From IMG/VR virus record IMGVR_UViG_3300025127_000022, positions 12,276 to 76,275 of that record: a DNA stretch of 64,000 nucleotides. One strand, 5' to 3'. This document shows, piece after piece, positions 34,542 through 43,659 of this stretch. The stretch's first letter is position 1; each line of letters starts with the position of its first letter. The stretch is from a virus. The position numbers were made by a program, and so were the translations under genes. The notes under the pieces were generated by a model. The model saw only the letters and a list, made by a program, of their open reading frames with translations. It ran no database searches and had not been told where the DNA came from.

Positions 34542-35390
34542 ATGTCTAAAATACAATTTAAAGAATCAGAATTAGTATCATTTATTGAAGATTTAGTAAA
34601 TGAAGAAAAAGTAAAACAACAAAAACCAGTTCTTTCAGAATCAAAAGAAAGAAAAATAGGTATATGGATGGATAGATTTTCCAGAAGAAATCAAGGTAAA
34701 TCACCAGACACTATATTTGAAAACTATGTACAAGAAATCCATAGATTAAATAGAAATGGGATTACTACTGACGACTTATCTAACTATCTTGTAAAACATG
34801 AAAATATACTTAGTGAACAAGCTGCATTTACAATGTCTCAAAACCAAGGAGTTATGGGTACATTGTGGGAAACAATTCGTGAAAAATTATATAGATGGAT
34901 TTTAGGTTTTATGGGCATTAAAGACGGTGAATTAAAAGAAATACTTGCAACATCTCTAGGTAACGTACCATTTACCCAGTTACCTAAATTAATGAATTGT
35001 GAATACTTAACTCCTATATTAACTAAAGGTGTTTTAGAATATGGTGTAAGAAGAGTTAACAGACAATTAACTGGTATGGGTGGAACAGTAGAACAAATAT
35101 TTGGTAACTCACTGACTAACTTAGGTGATAACATGGAATTCTATAAAGAATTAGAAAAACAAGTAAGAGACTATCTATGTGGAGCTTTAGGTAAAAAGAA
35201 AGACCAAGTACAGGATGCTTTAAAGGATGTAGAAGAAAAGAAAAACCAACAATTTAAAGGGCAAGACCTTGGTGGTGGTGGAGAAGTACCACCTGAAACA
35301 TCAGGTCAAGGTACCGCATCTTCTGGTGGCGGACTTAGTGATATAGCTCAAAAGTATTTCCAACAGTTTATGCAAAATCTCGGAAGATAA
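34542..35390 (+). CDS. class-A leader protein
   Basis: MSKIQFKESELVSFIEDLVNE; further VLSE and ILSE sites. Confidence 0.7.
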   Translation: MSKIQFKESELVSFIEDLVNEEKVKQQKPVLSESKERKIGIWMDRFSRRNQGKSPDTIFENYVQEIHRLNRNGITTDDLSNYLVKHENILSEQAAFTMSQNQGVMGTLWETIREKLYRWILGFMGIKDGELKEILATSLGNVPFTQLPKLMNCEYLTPILTKGVLEYGVRRVNRQLTGMGGTVEQIFGNSLTNLGDNMEFYKELEKQVRDYLCGALGKKKDQVQDALKDVEEKKNQQFKGQDLGGGGEVPPETSGQGTASSGGGLSDIAQKYFQQFMQNLGR

Positions 35391-35414
35391 TTATTAAATA
35401 ATACATAAAAACAG

Positions 35415-35440
35415 AAAAGGTCCCAATCGGGACCTTTTTT
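35415..35440. terminator. bidirectional terminator between late operon and tmRNA
   Basis: aaaaggtccc-aatc-gggacctttttt. Confidence 0.85.
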
Positions 35441-35443
35441 AAT

Positions 35444-35852
35444 TGGTGGAGATGGGGGGATTCGAACCCCCGTCTTGTCCACTGTCTATTGTACCTATCC
35501 TACACGCTTAGTTTATTCTTTTATTCTCGGACTTACCCTTCTAGAATAAACAACCATCCAGAAGCCCCAACCATAATGTTGTTTAACCACCTTAATGGTA
35601 TTGGTGCGGTCGATTTGTAGGATGACACCTCATATACTATAGAAACAAATCTTAAATTCTATAGAAGAGATGGAGCTTTAGTCGTAATTTAATTACGCTA
35701 CAGCTACAGTTGACTCCTCACGGATAAGACCGAGAGTTGCCATGGTATCTAATACGTCGCCGATTAGAAGTATAAACCAGTTTTACAAGGTTAGTTTAGC
35801 CTCGACGTGCTGATATCAATCAAACTAATGTCAATCAATTCCAGTCATCCCC
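35444..35852 (-). ncRNA. ssrA: tmRNA
   Basis: 5' GGGGAUG pairs with 3' CAUCUCC-ACCA including G3:U70; T-arm GGGGG-UUCGAAU-CCCCC; internal tag ORF 35761-35693. Confidence 0.92.
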
Positions 35853-35908
35853 ATAATTCAAAGAACTTATATAAATACACCCGATAAATTAAAAAATTTA
35901 TCTTAGGG

Positions 35909-35985
35909 TAGACGGAATGGGACTTGAACCCACATGTAACCAGTTACCCTTTCTACAAGGTATAAGCTTGAGGGGATACCCGTCT
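35909..35985 (-). tRNA. non-canonical tRNA-like RNA, putative tRNA-Ile(UAU)
   Basis: 7-bp acceptor stem, canonical T-arm, CUUAUAC anticodon-type loop, no D-arm in the normal position. Confidence 0.6.
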
Positions 35986-35993
35986 ATATCTAG

Positions 35994-36067
35994 TACACCC
36001 GATAGGATTCGAACCTATGACCTACTGCTTAGAAGGCAGTTGCTCTATCCAGCTGAGCTACGGGTGC
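35994..36067 (-). tRNA. tRNA-Arg(UCU)
   Basis: Full cloverleaf GCACCCG...ACTGC-CTTCTAA-GCAGT...TTCGAAT; CCA not encoded. Confidence 0.95.
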
Positions 36068-36075
36068 ATGTTGGG

Positions 36076-36161
36076 TACTCGGGGCGGGAATCGAACCCGC
36101 ACGGACCTCACGGTCCAACAGATTTTAAGTCTGTCGTGTCTACCTATTCCACCACCCGAGC
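36076..36161 (-). tRNA. tRNA-Leu(UAA)
   Basis: Cloverleaf with long variable arm, ACAGA-CTTAAAA-TCTGT; CCA not encoded. Confidence 0.95.
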
Positions 36162-36184
36162 ATGTTTGTGTGATGATTACAGGA

Positions 36185-36216
36185 CAAATATAGAATATAA
36201 TTTCAATTAAACCAAA
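36185..36216 (-). promoter_or_regulatory. Bacteroidota primary-sigma promoter for the tRNA cluster
   Basis: TTTG (36213-36216), 20-nt spacer, TATATTTG (36185-36192). Confidence 0.7.
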
Positions 36217-36272
36217 TTAAAAAAGTTTAAATTTTATTTTTTTGTTTAAAATATTATTTGTATATTTGTAGT

Positions 36273-37094
36273 ATGAATAGAGAAACACTAAATAAATTAA
36301 AAAACTTACTTTCCGTCCCTACCCATACTTGGGAAGAGGATAGACTCATAGAACATGTTATTAATTATATTAGTTCTCTAGACTCGGTTAATTATTATCA
36401 AGATAAGTTGGGGAGTCTCTATATTACTAAAGGAGATTCTTCGACCTATCCTTGTTTAGTAGCTCATCTAGATAGTGTGCATAGTATTACTGAAATGGAG
36501 GTTATGGAGGAACAACTACCTAACGCACAGGGTGAACTTAAATTAGCCCTAAAAGCTTACGACAAAGAAGAAGGTTTGCCCACTGGTATCGGTGGGGACG
36601 ATAAAGCAGGTGTATTTATCTGTTTACAATTACTAGAAAAATTAGACTCATGTAAAGTATTTCTACCCGTAGCGGAAGAAACAGGATGTAATGGTTCAAA
36701 AGAAGCTGACCCTAAATTCTTTAAAGATGTGGGTTATGCAATCCAATTCGACTCTACAGAAAATGATACGATGAGTAAAACTTTAATGGGTGTTAAATTA
36801 TATGAAGAAGAAAGTAAATTTTTTGGTTCTGTAAAAGATATAATTTTAGAACACGGTTTCACTAAATGGTTAAATCACCCATATACTGATACAATGATGT
36901 TAAAGAAAAAATTTAACTTCCCATGTTTAAATTTTGCTGCGGGTTATTATCGTTATCATACCTCTAATGAATATGTGGTGGTTGAGGATGTTCAAAACGC
37001 TATTAATTTAGGTTTTAAAGTAGTTAATCAACTAGGGAACAAAAAATACGAGTTTATCCACGTACCTCAAACCTATCCCTATAATCTTTTATAA
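36273..37094 (+). CDS. M20/M28-family metallopeptidase
   Basis: LVAHLD, GGDDKAG, EETGCxGS, QFD and YH motifs; ATG 36273 follows TATATTTG. Confidence 0.82.
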   Translation: MNRETLNKLKNLLSVPTHTWEEDRLIEHVINYISSLDSVNYYQDKLGSLYITKGDSSTYPCLVAHLDSVHSITEMEVMEEQLPNAQGELKLALKAYDKEEGLPTGIGGDDKAGVFICLQLLEKLDSCKVFLPVAEETGCNGSKEADPKFFKDVGYAIQFDSTENDTMSKTLMGVKLYEEESKFFGSVKDIILEHGFTKWLNHPYTDTMMLKKKFNFPCLNFAAGYYRYHTSNEYVVVEDVQNAINLGFKVVNQLGNKKYEFIHVPQTYPYNLL

Positions 37095-37136
37095 TCTTAT
37101 TTTATTATCGGTAATATTTATTATAAAACAATAGAT

Positions 37137-38849
37137 ATGCCATTACCAATACCTTTTTATTTAAGAACAAGTCAAAACACAGCACTAACACATGCTCAGT
37201 TAGATGGAAACCTTAGTATTTTAAGTACTAAAATAGATAATACAACCTGTGGGAATATAGGTACAGGGATTGGTATTTTCCAAACTAAAGAAATAGGTAA
37301 TAATGACGGTTTAATGAATTTACGTTCATTATCTGGTACTGGAGGTATTCTTATAGGAATAACGGGAGATAGTATCGTAATTGATGGTTCTGGTACAGGT
37401 GGTGGTTCTAATTTTTGGGCAGAATTCGGGACATTTAATAAAGCTTTAAAAGACGTTAAAGGAACTTATAATACAAGTGGTACTTCCACTAATACATTAA
37501 TCGCTGGTGGAAGTGGACACACATCTCACAATACCCTTACAAGTTTTTTCGGTGGTGGTCAAGTTAATAGAATAATTTCTGGTAATACTTCAGCAATAGT
37601 TGGGGGTAAATACAATACTATAAAAGAGGGAGACGGTAATGTTATTATAGGTGGGTCAGGAAATACAATGGGTGACATTAGTTCATGGAATGTAGTTACG
37701 GGTCTAGGAAATGAATGTTCTGGGTCCACCTCTGTAGTTTTTGGAGGACTCCAAAAAAACGGTATTTCAGGAAATACAGTCATCGGTCATGGAAACTTTG
37801 TTGAGGGGTCAGGAAATAATATACAAGCAAATTTTAATTTCGTTTCAGGTACATTTATAGACTCTAAAGCTAACAACATATCTTCATTTGGTTCTAATCA
37901 TAGAATAAATAATACGGGTGTTCAGTACACCGATTTTGTGCAAAGTTTTGTTACTGGATTAAATCATATTGTGGGTAGTGATGTACAAACTACTACTCTT
38001 TTCGGACAAGCACACCAAATAGGTACTATAGTGGGTGAAGAAGGCAAAGAATCTCCAGTAAAAACTTTAATAGCTGGACTATCCAATATGGTTACTGGAG
38101 CCACATCAGCATCTTCTATTTTATCAGGTCAAGATAATAGAATAGGATATGGTTCTGGAACGGTAGTAAATAACTCAGCAATCTTAGCAGCAAAAAACAG
38201 TTGTTTAGGTGCTGGAGGAAGAGTAAGACAGAGTAGTATATTAGCTGGACAAAGTATGTCAGCTTATACTGATGATACCGCTTATGTACAAAAATTACAA
38301 CCAACAGAAAAAGTTAGAGTTTCAAGTTATGATTATATATTATCTAATAGTATTACTACAACAGATAGCCCCACTATACATAATGTAGTTCACGACACTA
38401 ATCACATAGATGCAATTCCTATAAATGATGGTGGTGGAGAAATTGTTAGATATGGTTTATGTGCTTCCGAAGAAGTAGTGTACACTGCAGGTCAATTTGT
38501 AAATTTAGAAGGTAATGGGTGTTGGAAAAGAACTGATGTCTCTACAAGTGGTAGAACAGACGGAAGAATGGTAGGTTTCGCCTTATCTAATAGTCCTACT
38601 GTTGCGGGAGCAGGTAAAGGTATATTAATTAGAGGTCATTTAAAATTACCTAGTTTACCAGAAGGAGCACTACCTGGAGAACCACTCTATTTAGATGCTA
38701 GTGTTACAGGAGCTGTTACAAAAACACCACCTGCAAGTTCAGGAAATATAGTAAGAGCGGTAGGTCATTTAGTGGGTGGGCCATCTTTAGACCCAGAACA
38801 AGGTTATATGTTCCTTAATCCAGATATAACTTATTTACAAGTTACTTAA
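37137..38849 (+). CDS. tail/head fibre protein
   Basis: N-terminal LTHAQLDGN anchor motif, Gly/Asn/Ser-rich beta-roll repeats (IxGGxxN), C-terminal beta domain; TATTTATT at 37115. Confidence 0.7.
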   Translation: MPLPIPFYLRTSQNTALTHAQLDGNLSILSTKIDNTTCGNIGTGIGIFQTKEIGNNDGLMNLRSLSGTGGILIGITGDSIVIDGSGTGGGSNFWAEFGTFNKALKDVKGTYNTSGTSTNTLIAGGSGHTSHNTLTSFFGGGQVNRIISGNTSAIVGGKYNTIKEGDGNVIIGGSGNTMGDISSWNVVTGLGNECSGSTSVVFGGLQKNGISGNTVIGHGNFVEGSGNNIQANFNFVSGTFIDSKANNISSFGSNHRINNTGVQYTDFVQSFVTGLNHIVGSDVQTTTLFGQAHQIGTIVGEEGKESPVKTLIAGLSNMVTGATSASSILSGQDNRIGYGSGTVVNNSAILAAKNSCLGAGGRVRQSSILAGQSMSAYTDDTAYVQKLQPTEKVRVSSYDYILSNSITTTDSPTIHNVVHDTNHIDAIPINDGGGEIVRYGLCASEEVVYTAGQFVNLEGNGCWKRTDVSTSGRTDGRMVGFALSNSPTVAGAGKGILIRGHLKLPSLPEGALPGEPLYLDASVTGAVTKTPPASSGNIVRAVGHLVGGPSLDPEQGYMFLNPDITYLQVT

Positions 38850-38850
38850 A

Positions 38851-39294
38851 ATGGCAATCAGAGCAATATATGGTATAGAATGGTGTACCAAAGTAGAAAA
38901 GGTTTTTAGTCGACGAGCAAAAAATGGAGCTCATCATGTAAGAAGTTTTATGGGTAATCAATTAGAGACTTGTAGTGAAGGTGGTAGTTGTAACGCCATC
39001 TTATTAAAATCCAGTAAAGCTAATTGTGTTGCAAAGGATGGTCCTTGTAATATTGGCCTTCCCTGTAAAACTTTTTATAGTAATAAATCCAACCCATGTC
39101 TACTAACCACAGGTGACTACATATACGAAACCAGTGAATGTGTGTGTACAGAAACTACATCAGCTTTTCCATTATACTTTTCCAATGGAACTGGTGAAGG
39201 TTGTACGACCTGTGAGGAAGGACAAATAAAGTGTTTTACTAGAGACGCAGAAACTTGTCAAATTAAAGCCACAGACTGTGGTTCTAAAAAGTAG
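38851..39294 (+). CDS. Cys-rich protein downstream of the fibre
   Basis: About 14 Cys in 147 aa. Confidence 0.65.
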   Translation: MAIRAIYGIEWCTKVEKVFSRRAKNGAHHVRSFMGNQLETCSEGGSCNAILLKSSKANCVAKDGPCNIGLPCKTFYSNKSNPCLLTTGDYIYETSECVCTETTSAFPLYFSNGTGEGCTTCEEGQIKCFTRDAETCQIKATDCGSKK

Positions 39295-41320
39295 ATACCA
39301 CAACTTTATTATCTTTATCTACACTTAAAGAATAATGTACATCTTCTAGAATGTCACCTTTTAATATATTTTCAGAAATAAAATCTTCTATCTTATTTTG
39401 AATTGCTCTTTTGATTGGTCTAGCACCGAACTTTTCATCATACCCCTCTTCAACAATATACTTTGTAATTGAATTATCAAAAGATACGTTATAATTCTTT
39501 TCAACTAACCTATCCTGTAGTGATTTTAATTCTAATTTAACAATTTTAGATATTACTCTTTTTTGTAATGGTTTAAATACGACAGTTTGGTCTATTCTAT
39601 TTAAGAACTCTGGTCTAAATGTGTTTTTTAAAGCTTTTTTAATAATAGCTTCCTTTTTTTCTTCCATTCTAGACTCGGTATCTTTGGTAGAAAAACCTAA
39701 GGGTTTATTAAATTCTGAAACTTGTTTAGCTCCCACGTTCGAGGTCATAATAAGTAGAGTATTTTTAAAATTAATTTTTCTACCTAAACCATCAGTTATG
39801 TGTCCATCATCAAATATTTGGAGTAACAAGTCATATATGTCCGAGTGAGCTTTTTCTATTTCATCTAAAAGAATTACAGAATAAGGTTTTTTTCTAACTG
39901 CTTCCGTTAGCTGCCCACCTTCATTATAACCAACATAACCTGGAGGAGAACCTATTAGTCTGGTAGAATTAAATTTTTCTTTATATTCTGACATATCTAA
40001 TCTAATTAAAGCATCTTCACTACCGAATATCTCTTTTGCGATTGCTTTAGCTAGATGAGTTTTACCTACACCAGTAGAACCTAAAAACATAAAAGAACCG
40101 ATAGGTTTTTTAACTTCACGTATACCCACCCTATTTCTACGAATTGCTTTTGCTATTTTTTTAATAGCTTCATCCTGGCCTATTACTAGTTTTTGTAAAG
40201 ACTTTTCTAAATTTAGTAAACTTTTTGTTTCATTACTATCTAGTTTAGTTAAAGGAATTTTAGTTATTTGAGATACTACTTTATATATGTCCTCTTCAGT
40301 GATGTCTATCCTACTTTCTTCCATTTGGATTTCCCATTCTAATTTTTTATCCTCAAGTAAACCTATAACTTTTCTTTCTTCATCTCTAAGTTCAGCAGCT
40401 TTTTCATATTTTTGTGACTTAACGACATCCACTTTTTCCAACTTTAAATTAGATAATTTATTTCTAAGGTCTTCTATTTCTTGTGGAAAAGCTACGTCTA
40501 CTTGTACTTTAGCTCCCACTTCATCCATAATATCTATAGCTTTATCGGGGAACTCTCTATTGGTAATATATCGTTCTGCTAACATGACACAGGTTGATAA
40601 AGAATCTTCTGTAAACCTAACTTTGTGATGGTCCTCATATCTTTCCTTAAGATTTTTAAGAATTTGTAATGTTTCTTCCATAGTGGTTGGCTCAACCATT
40701 ACTTTTTGAAATCTTCTTTCTAACGCTCCATCCTTTTCGATGTTTTCTCTATATTCATCTATAGTTGTAGCACCAATACACTGAACTTCTCCTCTAGCTA
40801 AAGCTGGTTTAAAAATATTAGCAGCATCTAGAGAACCTGAAGCATTACCAGTCCCTACTACAGTGTGAATTTCGTCTATAAAAATTATAATGTCTTCATT
40901 TTCTTTTAACTCATCAATTATAGCTTTCATTCTTTCCTCGAACTGACCTCGATACTTTGTTCCCGCAACAATAGAAGTTAAATCTAGACCTATAATTTTT
41001 TTATCTAAAAGATTACGAGGGCATCTACCTTCACTAATTTTAATAGCTAGTCCTTCTACTAGAGCAGTTTTACCACATCCTGGTTCCCCAATTAAAACTG
41101 GATTATTCTTTTTTCTTCTAGAAAGTATTTGAGCTATCCTATTTATTTCCGCTTCTCTACCAACAACTGGGTCTAATTTACCTTCTTCGGCGTATTGTAT
41201 TAAATCTCTAGAAAAGTTATCGAGAACTGGAGTCCTACTTTTAATACTACTTTTTTCTTTTCTTGGTTTACTTTTAGAATCGTCCGACTCAAAATCTGCG
41301 TAATTTCCTTCTAATCTCAT
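39284..41320 (-). CDS. clpC: ClpC-type AAA+ unfoldase lacking the N-terminal Clp-repeat domain
   Basis: [24 protein letters not shown]-type M-domain [29 protein letters not shown] loop. Confidence 0.92.
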   Translation of the reverse strand: MRLEGNYADFESDDSKSKPRKEKSSIKSRTPVLDNFSRDLIQYAEEGKLDPVVGREAEINRIAQILSRRKKNNPVLIGEPGCGKTALVEGLAIKISEGRCPRNLLDKKIIGLDLTSIVAGTKYRGQFEERMKAIIDELKENEDIIIFIDEIHTVVGTGNASGSLDAANIFKPALARGEVQCIGATTIDEYRENIEKDGALERRFQKVMVEPTTMEETLQILKNLKERYEDHHKVRFTEDSLSTCVMLAERYITNREFPDKAIDIMDEVGAKVQVDVAFPQEIEDLRNKLSNLKLEKVDVVKSQKYEKAAELRDEERKVIGLLEDKKLEWEIQMEESRIDITEEDIYKVVSQITKIPLTKLDSNETKSLLNLEKSLQKLVIGQDEAIKKIAKAIRRNRVGIREVKKPIGSFMFLGSTGVGKTHLAKAIAKEIFGSEDALIRLDMSEYKEKFNSTRLIGSPPGYVGYNEGGQLTEAVRKKPYSVILLDEIEKAHSDIYDLLLQIFDDGHITDGLGRKINFKNTLLIMTSNVGAKQVSEFNKPLGFSTKDTESRMEEKKEAIIKKALKNTFRPEFLNRIDQTVVFKPLQKRVISKIVKLELKSLQDRLVEKNYNVSFDNSITKYIVEEGYDEKFGARPIKRAIQNKIEDFISENILKGDILEDVHYSLSVDKDNKVVVSTF

Positions 41321-41403
41321 TGATATATTTTTTAATTTTTAATTCACTATAATATTACTCATAATTGTACCAATAATCAACCATTGTATTTATGTCATAC
41401 ATA

Positions 41404-41445
41404 ACTGACAAAATGTCAGTATTTTTCTTATGGTATGTTATTTGA
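41404..41445 (+). promoter_or_regulatory. palindromic operator plus sigma54-like promoter upstream of dnaK
   Basis: ACTGACA-AAA-TGTCAGT (41404-41420); TGGTATG-TTAT-TTGA (41431-41445) with -24/-12 spacing. Confidence 0.5.
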
Positions 41446-41518
41446 CTACTTGATTTAATGAAAAGTATTAATATATTTTTCATAAATAAACAAATAACCA
41501 TAAATAAAAAAAACAAAA

Positions 41519-43384
41519 ATGGGAAAAGTAATTGGTATAGATTTAGGAACGACAAATTCCTGTGTTGCCGTAATTGAGGGTAACGAACCTAAAGTTATTG
41601 TTAATGGTGAAGGTCAACGAACCACACCATCTGTAGTAGCTTTTAAAAATAAAGGAGAAAGAGTAGTGGGTGACCCTGCTAAACGACAAGCGGTCACTAA
41701 TCCTGAAAAAACTATCTACTCAGTAAAAAGATTTATGGGTAGTACATACTCAGAAATTAAAAAAGAGGCAAGTAAGATGCCATATAAAGTATCACAAATA
41801 TATAATAATGGTGTGGGTATAGAAATAGATGATACGGATTATATTCCACAAGAAATTTCAGCTGTGGTATTACAAAACCTTAAAAAAACAGCAGAAGAAT
41901 ACCTTGGTGAAACCGTAACAGATGCGGTTATTACAGTACCAGCTTATTTTAATGATTCACAAAGAAACGCAACTAAAGAAGCTGGAGAAATTGCTGGTCT
42001 AAATGTTTTAAGAATTATAAACGAACCAACCGCAGCTTCATTAGCTTATGGTCTGGACGATAACAAAGATAAAAAAGTTGTGGTATACGATTTAGGTGGT
42101 GGTACTTTTGATGTCTCTATTTTGGAAATGGGTGACGGTGTTTTCGAAGTACTATCTACAAATGGTGATACACATTTGGGAGGTGATAATTTTGACGAAG
42201 TAATTATGGATTGGATAATTACTGAATTTAAAAAAGAAAACGGAGTTGACATTAGTAAGGACCCTATGGCTTTACAAAGAATTAAAGAAGCCGCGGAAAA
42301 AGCAAAAGTAGAATTATCTTCATCTAGTAATACTGAAATTAACCTACCTTATTTAACAGCTGATTCTACAGGACCTAAACATTTAGTGGTTTCATTATCA
42401 CGTTCTAAGTTTGAAACAATGGTGGGTGAACTAGTAAATAGAAGTATTAAACCTTGTGAAAAAGCTCTTAAGGATGCTAAAGTTAAAGTAGATGATATCG
42501 ATGAAGTATTATTAGTTGGGGGCTCAACTAGAATTCCTGTTATTCAAGAATCGGTAGAAAAGTTCTTTAAACGTAAACCGTCTAAAGGTGTTAACCCTGA
42601 TGAGGTAGTAGCTATGGGAGCAGCTATCCAAGGAGGAGTATTATCTGGAGAAGTTAACGATGTTTTATTATTAGATGTCACACCACTTTCACTGGGTATT
42701 GAAACTATGGGTGGGGTAATGACTACATTAATTGAATCTAATAGTACTATCCCTACCTCTAAATCCCAAGTTTTCTCTACAGCAGTAGATAATCAACCAA
42801 CTGTAGATATACATGTATTACAAGGTGAAAGACCTATGGCTGCGGACAATAGAAGTTTAGGTAGATTCCAATTAACCGATATTCCACCAGCTCCAAGAGG
42901 GATTCCTCAAGTTGAGGTTACTTTTGATATTGACGCTAACGGTATCATTAATGTAAACGCTAAAGACAAAGGTACTGGTAAGTCCCAGAATATAAAAATT
43001 GAATCTGGTACTACTTTGTCTGATGAAGAAATCGAAAGAATGAAAATGGAAGCTGAACAAAATCAAGCTAAAGACCAAGAAAAAAAGGAAAAAGTGGAAA
43101 AACTAAATGAAGCTGACACTATGATTTTTCAAACTGAAAAACAAATGAAGGAATATGGTGATAAATTAAGTGAAGAAGATAAAAATAGATTAACACAGAC
43201 TTTAGATAAACTTAAAGAATCTCATAAGAGTGAAGATTTAGAGTCTATAGAAGAATCTCTTAAAAATCTTAATGAAGAGTGGCAATCCATATCTACAAAG
43301 ATGTACCAACAAACAGAACAACCATCAGAAGGTACTGATAAAGAAGAGGAAACAACTGACGTTGAATACGAAGAAGTAAAATAA
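41519..43384 (+). CDS. dnaK: Hsp70 chaperone DnaK
   Basis: [41 protein letters not shown] and DVTPLSLG motifs. Confidence 0.98.
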   Translation: MGKVIGIDLGTTNSCVAVIEGNEPKVIVNGEGQRTTPSVVAFKNKGERVVGDPAKRQAVTNPEKTIYSVKRFMGSTYSEIKKEASKMPYKVSQIYNNGVGIEIDDTDYIPQEISAVVLQNLKKTAEEYLGETVTDAVITVPAYFNDSQRNATKEAGEIAGLNVLRIINEPTAASLAYGLDDNKDKKVVVYDLGGGTFDVSILEMGDGVFEVLSTNGDTHLGGDNFDEVIMDWIITEFKKENGVDISKDPMALQRIKEAAEKAKVELSSSSNTEINLPYLTADSTGPKHLVVSLSRSKFETMVGELVNRSIKPCEKALKDAKVKVDDIDEVLLVGGSTRIPVIQESVEKFFKRKPSKGVNPDEVVAMGAAIQGGVLSGEVNDVLLLDVTPLSLGIETMGGVMTTLIESNSTIPTSKSQVFSTAVDNQPTVDIHVLQGERPMAADNRSLGRFQLTDIPPAPRGIPQVEVTFDIDANGIINVNAKDKGTGKSQNIKIESGTTLSDEEIERMKMEAEQNQAKDQEKKEKVEKLNEADTMIFQTEKQMKEYGDKLSEEDKNRLTQTLDKLKESHKSEDLESIEESLKNLNEEWQSISTKMYQQTEQPSEGTDKEEETTDVEYEEVK

Positions 43385-43385
43385 T

Positions 43386-43631
43386 ATGGGAGTTTTATCT
43401 GAAATTTACAGCGGAGATAGAATTATTAATCAATATAAATCTTCTAACATTAAAGGGTCAATCTACAATAGGTCCACTAAAAAACTTATAGTTGAATTCA
43501 ACGCGGGACGTAAATACGAATATGAAGATGTGCCTGATAATGTAGCAGCTGGGCTAAGAATAGCTAAAAGCCAAGGTAGTTACTTTAATAAACAAATAGC
43601 TAAAAAGTACAAATATAAATTACTTGACTAA
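43386..43631 (+). CDS. KTSC-domain protein
   Basis: SSNI...Y......LxVEFxxGxxYxYxDVP......L..AxSxGSYFNxxI. Confidence 0.88.
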   Translation: MGVLSEIYSGDRIINQYKSSNIKGSIYNRSTKKLIVEFNAGRKYEYEDVPDNVAAGLRIAKSQGSYFNKQIAKKYKYKLLD

Positions 43632-43659
43632 CTTACGTTAATATGAAGTATTTATAGGT

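Noticed and set aside
35917-36210. 97-aa plus-strand ORF
   Set aside because: It is the antisense shadow of the three tRNA genes.
37137-39294. Diversity-generating retroelement targeting the fibre
   Set aside because: No reverse transcriptase and no template/variable repeat pair seen in the window.
39284-43384. Bacterial chromosome or host contamination suggested by dnaK, clpC, ssrA, sod and T9SS genes
   Set aside because: These genes are interleaved with phage structural genes, share phage promoter motifs and composition, and lack normal bacterial operon partners.
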